Source: Candidatus Bathyarchaeota archaeon B24
Lineage (GTDB): Archaea > Thermoproteota > CALKCG01 > B24
Assembly (NCBI GenBank): GCA_001593865.1
Contig: LUCB01000012.1
Coordinates: 2,485 to 66,484, forward strand
Direction of reading: 5' to 3'
DNA: 64,000 bases
The stretch's first letter is position 1; the number at the start of each line of letters is the position of its first letter. Below, in pieces: positions 58,805 through 64,000 of this stretch. The notes beneath the pieces were generated by a model. The model was not told the DNA's origin. It saw only the letters and a list, made by a program, of their open reading frames with translations, and ran no database searches. The position numbers were made by a program, and so were the translations under genes.

Positions 58805-60364
58805 TTAGCCTCTAGGCCATGTAACCGTCTTCACAGGCTCAGGTAGTTTACCAAGCCTACGTCTGATTTCGCCGGGCCAGTCGTCTGGATTAAAGCCTTT
58901 TTGAGCTAGGAAAGCCGTTATCCACCGGGTCATCCCGAATCCTGCACATCCTGTCCATACATCCCTTCCTTTAGCCTCCTTAACCCTGAAGCTTTTCACA
59001 TACTTATCCCTGTGGCATGAGTATGCTCCTATCTCAAGCCATTCAGAATCCTCTCTAGAACCCCTATAGGGTAACCAGGCTTCCAAGTCTAGAGTAGGCA
59101 CCCTCTCGCTGCTGGATATGTCTACCTGCGTCTTAGCGGCTTCGTCGCCGCTCATGTAGAAGGGTGCCCCGACGACCATCCTGACCTCTAAGTCTAGAAT
59201 CTTGTCGGCGAACTCCATAGACCTATAGGCCACCTCATCCCTGATCCTAGCCGCCTCCTTAGGTTCAGCCATCCAGACCGCTTCCAGCCTGAAGAACTCT
59301 ATAGTCCTCTCAAGCCCCCTTGTGGCTTTGCCTTCCCACCTCCAGGTCCATCCGCTTCTGTCGAATATTTTAACCGGTAAGTCGTCCAGGTTGACTATTT
59401 CACCCGAGAAGAACTGGTAGAACGGTGTGCACTGGGCAGGTTCAAGCACATAGCCTGGTCCGCCGACCTCCCTCCTCAGAGACTCCAGGTCGAGTTCGCC
59501 TGTGAGCGCAAACCTACGTTTGAAATCCTTCAAAGCCTCCTCTTCGCGCTCGGGTGTAAAAGCGTAAATCATGCCCTCGGCGAGTTTGTCAAAGTAACCG
59601 GGCATTCTAGCCATAACGGTCATGGGTGTGAGCTTAGGAAGCATCCACTCCTCGAAGCCCATAGGCCTGAGGATACGCTCGATGATCATATCGGTCAAAC
59701 ACCTGAGTAACGCCGTGGTCGGAGCGGCTAGTATCCACTGCCCCCTACCCGGATACCTCTTAGCCCATCCAAGTCTCTCGGCCCACTCAGAAACCTCACC
59801 GTCGAATTTAACTTCTTTTCTAGGCGATCGTTTCAAGACGTAGCCCATCGGGACGTAATGAGGCTTCTCGGTCTCCTTAACCACGGCTTCTACGGGTACT
59901 ATTTTTCTCAAAACCCTATCTACGATGCCTTTCTCCAAGTCTCTACCACTGAGCTCCTTGAAGACCACCATGTAGCCCCCGCTTTCTAAGACATGAACCT
60001 CAGCTAACCCCTCCAAAAGTCTTCTAGCCTCCTCCGCCGACATAGTTAGCCTATCGAGATACACCTTAACCTCTTCGGCTTTCAAACCTCTAACGCCTAA
60101 CCTATAACGGCCAAGCCTCTGAGACAGGAAGCTTCTAACCCTCAATAGGGCCGAATGCGCCCTGACGGCTTTACCCGACTCTATGGTCAGAAGCAACCTA
60201 TTTCCGTCGACGACCCATTCAGATATCCTAGCTCCATCCTCGGGTTTCTTCGCACCTCTAATGAGCAGATCCCTGTTAAGCTCCTCGACCCAAGAGGCTA
60301 AACGCTCCTTCAGCTCTTCTAGGCTTCCGCTCGCTCGTAACTCGCCTTTAAGCTTAAACTCCAT
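58805..60364 (-). CDS. serS: Serine--tRNA ligase, methanogen (SerRS2) type
   Basis: RAHSALLR N-domain; PAQCTPFY, DRSGWTWRWE, EFFRLE, WTGCAG zinc ligands. Confidence 0.9.
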   Translation of the reverse strand: MEFKLKGELRASGSLEELKERLASWVEELNRDLLIRGAKKPEDGARISEWVVDGNRLLLTIESGKAVRAHSALLRVRSFLSQRLGRYRLGVRGLKAEEVKVYLDRLTMSAEEARRLLEGLAEVHVLESGGYMVVFKELSGRDLEKGIVDRVLRKIVPVEAVVKETEKPHYVPMGYVLKRSPRKEVKFDGEVSEWAERLGWAKRYPGRGQWILAAPTTALLRCLTDMIIERILRPMGFEEWMLPKLTPMTVMARMPGYFDKLAEGMIYAFTPEREEEALKDFKRRFALTGELDLESLRREVGGPGYVLEPAQCTPFYQFFSGEIVNLDDLPVKIFDRSGWTWRWEGKATRGLERTIEFFRLEAVWMAEPKEAARIRDEVAYRSMEFADKILDLEVRMVVGAPFYMSGDEAAKTQVDISSSERVPTLDLEAWLPYRGSREDSEWLEIGAYSCHRDKYVKSFRVKEAKGRDVWTGCAGFGMTRWITAFLAQKGFNPDDWPGEIRRRLGKLPEPVKTVTWPRG

Positions 60365-60480
60365 GACTTCAAACTCCTCCAGGTGTACCAGCTTAACGGA
60401 GATCTGCTAGACTATTTAAACGTATTAATCTTTTGGAGGAGAGCTTTTAAGCCCGGTCTTTAGCTATGATCGTGAACCTC

Positions 60481-61236
60481 ATGGTTGTCGAACTACACAT
60501 ATACGGTTTGGAGGGAATCCCGGAGGTTAAGCCAGGAGACGATCTGGCGACTCTTATAATCGAAGCCGCCGACAGGGAAGGTATAGGTCTGATGGACGGC
60601 GACGTGGTCGTGGTTTCCCAGAAAGTCGTCTCCAAAGCCGAGGGTAGGGTCGTTCGTCTAGACACCGTTCAGCCGTCTAGGTTCGCCTTAAACCTCGCGG
60701 AGGCCGAGGGGAAAGACCCTAGACTTGTAGAGCTGATCCTCAGGGAGGCTAAACGCATAGTCAAAGCCAGGGATGGGCATATAATCACCGAGACCCTTCA
60801 CGGCTTCGTATGCGCAAACTCAGGCGTAGACCGGTCTAACATCCCAGGTGAGGACGTGGTCTCACTACTACCGGTAGACCCTGACGAGTCTGCAAGAAGG
60901 ATCCGAGACCGCATCAGAGAGATCAAAGGTGTAGATGTGGCGGTCGTGGTGACCGATACTTTCGGTAGAGCGTGGCGTGTCGGCCAGGTAAACTTCGCCA
61001 TAGGGGTGTCTGGGATGAAACCGTTGATAGACTACAGAGGTGTCCTCGACGCGTATGGCTACGTGCTTAAAGCCACTTCTATAGCGGTCGCAGACGAGGT
61101 CGCGGCGGCCGCCGAGCTCGTCATGGGTAAGGTCTCGAGGATACCGGTGGCCGTGGTGAGGGGTTTGAGGTTTATCCGAGGCGAAGGCTCGGCGAGAGAG
61201 CTTGTGAGACCGATAAAGAGAGACCTCTTCCGCTAG
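60481..61236 (+). CDS. cofE: Coenzyme F420-0:L-glutamate ligase
   Basis: PEVKPGDDL, SQKVVSKAEG, ANSGVD.SN, TDTFGR.WR.G, DLFR. Confidence 0.93.
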   Translation: MVVELHIYGLEGIPEVKPGDDLATLIIEAADREGIGLMDGDVVVVSQKVVSKAEGRVVRLDTVQPSRFALNLAEAEGKDPRLVELILREAKRIVKARDGHIITETLHGFVCANSGVDRSNIPGEDVVSLLPVDPDESARRIRDRIREIKGVDVAVVVTDTFGRAWRVGQVNFAIGVSGMKPLIDYRGVLDAYGYVLKATSIAVADEVAAAAELVMGKVSRIPVAVVRGLRFIRGEGSARELVRPIKRDLFR

Positions 61237-62117
61237 CTTCTAACCCTCGAAGCCACGTAATCCACTATCTCCATGGCTATATCCACGTTTGTAACGGTCT
61301 GAAGCCCCCTCCAATCCGGCTGGCTGTTAACCTCGTTCACGTAGAAGCTTCCTTCGGGGTCGACGAGCATATCCACCCCCGCGACCTCGCATCCCAACAC
61401 CCTACAAGCCTTAACGGCCGTTTCCTCCATATCGCCCTGCAACCTACACGGCTCAGGTCTTCCCCCCTGAGCTATGTTCGTTCTCCAGGAGACCCCTACC
61501 CTACGCATAGACGCTATAACCCGGTCGCCGACGACGAAAGCCCGGATGTCTTCTCTGGCGTGGGGTATGTACTCCTGCATATAGACTACGCTATGGTGGT
61601 AGCTTAAGACCCTAGCGAGCCTATACAATATGTGGCGGCTTCTAACCCTCGTCATACCGGTCCCCCTCGAGCCGAATATCGGTTTAAGGACGACTCTCCC
61701 GTTTAACCGTTCGAAGGCTTCTACGCTGGCCCTAGGGTTTTCGCTGACGACCGTCTTAGGAACAGGTATACCCTCTCTTTCGAGTAGAAAGAGTGTCAGA
61801 TACTTGTCTACAGCCCTTTCTATTGCTTCAGCCCTATTAACGACGTAGACCCCGAGGCTCTCCATCGCTCTGAGCAGGTCTGTTCTGAAGATTATCTCCT
61901 CTAATGAGCCTCTGCTTATCGGTCTGACTATGACTGCGTCGAGGCTTTCCACAGGCTCCCCTCTGAAGCAGAGCTTGGGTTTAAACCCGACATAGGCGAC
62001 CAGGTCTCTAAAGCTGAAGCACGCGAACCTATAGCCCCTACGGTTGATCGCCTGCTTAAGCTTGAGGCTACACCAAGAATACTCGTTTCTAGTCAATATT
62101 CCTATTCTCAAATCCAC
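61233..62117 (-). CDS. RimK-family ATP-grasp alpha-L-glutamate ligase (MptN/CofF-like)
   Basis: KPIFGSRG.G, QEYI, DIRAFVVG, WRTNIAQGG, EVNSQP. Confidence 0.85.
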   Translation of the reverse strand: MDLRIGILTRNEYSWCSLKLKQAINRRGYRFACFSFRDLVAYVGFKPKLCFRGEPVESLDAVIVRPISRGSLEEIIFRTDLLRAMESLGVYVVNRAEAIERAVDKYLTLFLLEREGIPVPKTVVSENPRASVEAFERLNGRVVLKPIFGSRGTGMTRVRSRHILYRLARVLSYHHSVVYMQEYIPHAREDIRAFVVGDRVIASMRRVGVSWRTNIAQGGRPEPCRLQGDMEETAVKACRVLGCEVAGVDMLVDPEGSFYVNEVNSQPDWRGLQTVTNVDIAMEIVDYVASRVRS

Positions 62118-62224
62118 TCTCCTCTAAAGATGAAGCTAGAGACATTAATCTTATACGGTTTTACCTCAAATTCGACCGTTAGGCTTTAAATACCTTAAGC
62201 CTCCAATTTATACCTCAGATTCCC

Positions 62225-62926
62225 ATGGAATGGTCTGTAGAATGTAAGCCTGCGTATTCGCTGTTGAGGATAACCTTAGAACCCGGAGAAGAGGTCACCT
62301 CCGAGGCAGGCGCGATGCTTCTCTTCAAGGGTGACGTAGACATAAAAACCCACACGGGTGGAGGGCTCGTTAAGGGTCTCCTGAGGGGAGTACTTGGTAC
62401 TGAATCGATCTTTCTGAACTCCTACATAGCTAGAAACCGTTCAGAACTATGGCTTGCACCAGCGACCCCAGGGGATATCCACTACATCCCTCTATCCGGG
62501 GAGACTTATGTTGTCCAAGACTCGTCATATCTCGCCCACCACGGTGACGTAGACATCGGAGTCGCTTGGAGAGGGTTTAGGGGGCTCATAGCCGAGGGCG
62601 AGGTTTTCTGGCTTAAACTAGAGGGAATCGGAGGTGTATGGGTTAACGCGTATGGCGGCTTAGAGGAGATCAAGCTGGCTGATGGCGAAAGGGTCACGGT
62701 CGACAACCTACACTTCGTAGCCATGAAGGGTGATATGGACTGGAGGGTTAGGAAGTTTGGGGGCTGGAAGAGCTTCCTATTAGGCGGCGAAGGGTTCGTT
62801 CTCGAGGTTAAGGGTCCTGGAAAGCTCCTCATCCAGACGAGAGCTCTCCCACCGTTTGCAAGGCTCATAGCTAAATTCACCCCTAGCCGAAGGTCGGGTG
62901 GTTTTAGGCTGAGCTTCGGGACGTAG
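62225..62926 (+). CDS. TIGR00266 / AIM24 family protein
   Basis: EAGAM, GTESIFLN, AYGG, VDNLHFVA, GGEG....GPG...QTR. Confidence 0.88.
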   Translation: MEWSVECKPAYSLLRITLEPGEEVTSEAGAMLLFKGDVDIKTHTGGGLVKGLLRGVLGTESIFLNSYIARNRSELWLAPATPGDIHYIPLSGETYVVQDSSYLAHHGDVDIGVAWRGFRGLIAEGEVFWLKLEGIGGVWVNAYGGLEEIKLADGERVTVDNLHFVAMKGDMDWRVRKFGGWKSFLLGGEGFVLEVKGPGKLLIQTRALPPFARLIAKFTPSRRSGGFRLSFGT

Positions 62927-63003
62927 GGTGTGAGCCCACCCCTCCGCCCTGCAGAGGTTAAGGGTTAAGCTTAACAGCTTAGCATTCAAATACGATCGAA
63001 TGT

Positions 63004-64000
63004 ATGATGTTAGATGAGTTACTCTCCAAGCTCAAACGTTACACCAAGGCTATCTCCCTTAAGTCTGAAAATGGCTCCATAATAGTGACTGAGTATGGGG
63101 GCAGGGTCTTAGCCGTATCGATAGGGGAGTCTCCGAATCTACTGTGGGTTAATCCGAACCTAGAAACTGTAATGGAGCGAAGAGAGTTTAACATCGGCGG
63201 CTTGAGGGTCTGGGTTGCTCCCGAGAGAAACTTCTTCTACGAGAACCCATGGAAGTTCGAGGGCTGGTTTTGCCCGTCGGAGCTAGACCCGGGAGGTTTT
63301 AGGGTGGTAGAGCTCACCGGCTCCACGGTGGCGTTAGAGTCCAAGTTTAAGCTGAGAGACCTTCTAAACATCGAAACGTTAAACATGACCATCCGGAGAG
63401 ACATCCTTCTGGAGGACCTTGACGGTGGGTTGAGCGTCCACGTCAGAGAGTCGCTTATCGCGTCTGGGTTCGATAAGAGCAGGGTCTGTCTCTGGGCTCT
63501 GGCTCAAGTCTACCCGGGTTACGGCGGCGAGGGTACGGTGGTCATACCGGTTAAACCTGGGGCAGAGCCCCTACACTACTTCGGGGAGATCCCTGCGGAT
63601 AGGTTGAAGGCTACCGGTAGCCACGTAGCCTTCCGTATAGACGGCGAGTACATATGCAAGCTAGGTGTCAAGCCGGAAGACCTCAGGCTTAGGGGATGGG
63701 CTTCGATAGGATATATCGCTAAAGCACCGTGGAACCCAGGCTTGGGGCTTCTACTCGTCATGGAGACCTGTTGTGCTCCCAGGTTTCAAGGCGAGTGCCT
63801 AGACCCGTCTAAGGCGAACCCTGAAGGCCCTAAAGCCGCGGTTCAATCCTACAACTCTGGCCCAAACGAGGAACACCTTAGGTTCGGGGAGATAGAGCTT
63901 CAGTTCCCCGCGGCTGCGATAGCCGACGGCGTCCAGTTCTCGACCATAGCTTACACGTTGAAGGCCTACTTAACTACCTACGAGGAATCCTTGGAGAAGC
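63004..64000 (+). CDS. Conserved hypothetical protein (DUF6786-like, aldose-epimerase-like fold), runs off the window
   Basis: Manual translation MMLDELL...YGGRVL...NLLWVNP...NIGGLRVWVAPE...GEIELQFP; open to the window end. Confidence 0.6.
   Translation, partial: MMLDELLSKLKRYTKAISLKSENGSIIVTEYGGRVLAVSIGESPNLLWVNPNLETVMERREFNIGGLRVWVAPERNFFYENPWKFEGWFCPSELDPGGFRVVELTGSTVALESKFKLRDLLNIETLNMTIRRDILLEDLDGGLSVHVRESLIASGFDKSRVCLWALAQVYPGYGGEGTVVIPVKPGAEPLHYFGEIPADRLKATGSHVAFRIDGEYICKLGVKPEDLRLRGWASIGYIAKAPWNPGLGLLLVMETCCAPRFQGECLDPSKANPEGPKAAVQSYNSGPNEEHLRFGEIELQFPAAAIADGVQFSTIAYTLKAYLTTYEESLEK

Noticed and set aside
1..64000. CRISPR arrays, transposases, integrases or tRNA-anchored att repeats
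   Set aside because: None recognised by eye; no repeat-spacer periodicity and no duplicated tRNA 3' ends seen

Overview
Archaeal chromosomal window, most consistent with a (probably thermophilic) Bathyarchaeia/TACK-type genome. This is inferred from gene content: fwdDBAC, cofE, an ESCRT-III/CdvB gene, a stand-alone 5S rRNA and a methanogen-type SerRS. Most of it is housekeeping: an srp54-pus10-rpl21e-rpo4-DUF655-rsmA-rpl10e-dph2-csl4-rpo11-tfs superoperon, tiaS, endA, glyS, rpo12, map, uppS, trm14, EF-2 and HMG-CoA reductase. It also holds tRNA-Ala(TGC), tRNA-Arg(GCG), 5S rRNA, sugar-utilisation genes and a small nucleotidyltransferase/HEPN-MNT islet. The main discovery is in the elongation factor 2 gene, which is interrupted just before its GTP-binding P-loop by a 30-nt stop-containing insert (46138-46167). 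The insert folds into a bulge-helix-bulge motif, and cutting at the standard EndA positions restores the conserved R-N-I-G sequence exactly. It is therefore a candidate tRNA-type intron in an essential protein-coding mRNA, and the splicing endonuclease is encoded in the same window. Secondary observations are apparent non-canonical start codons (ACG/ATT/ATA), two homopolymer +1 frameshifts, a degenerate Pus10 and several operator-like palindromes. All assignments come from reading motifs by eye; no database searches were run.
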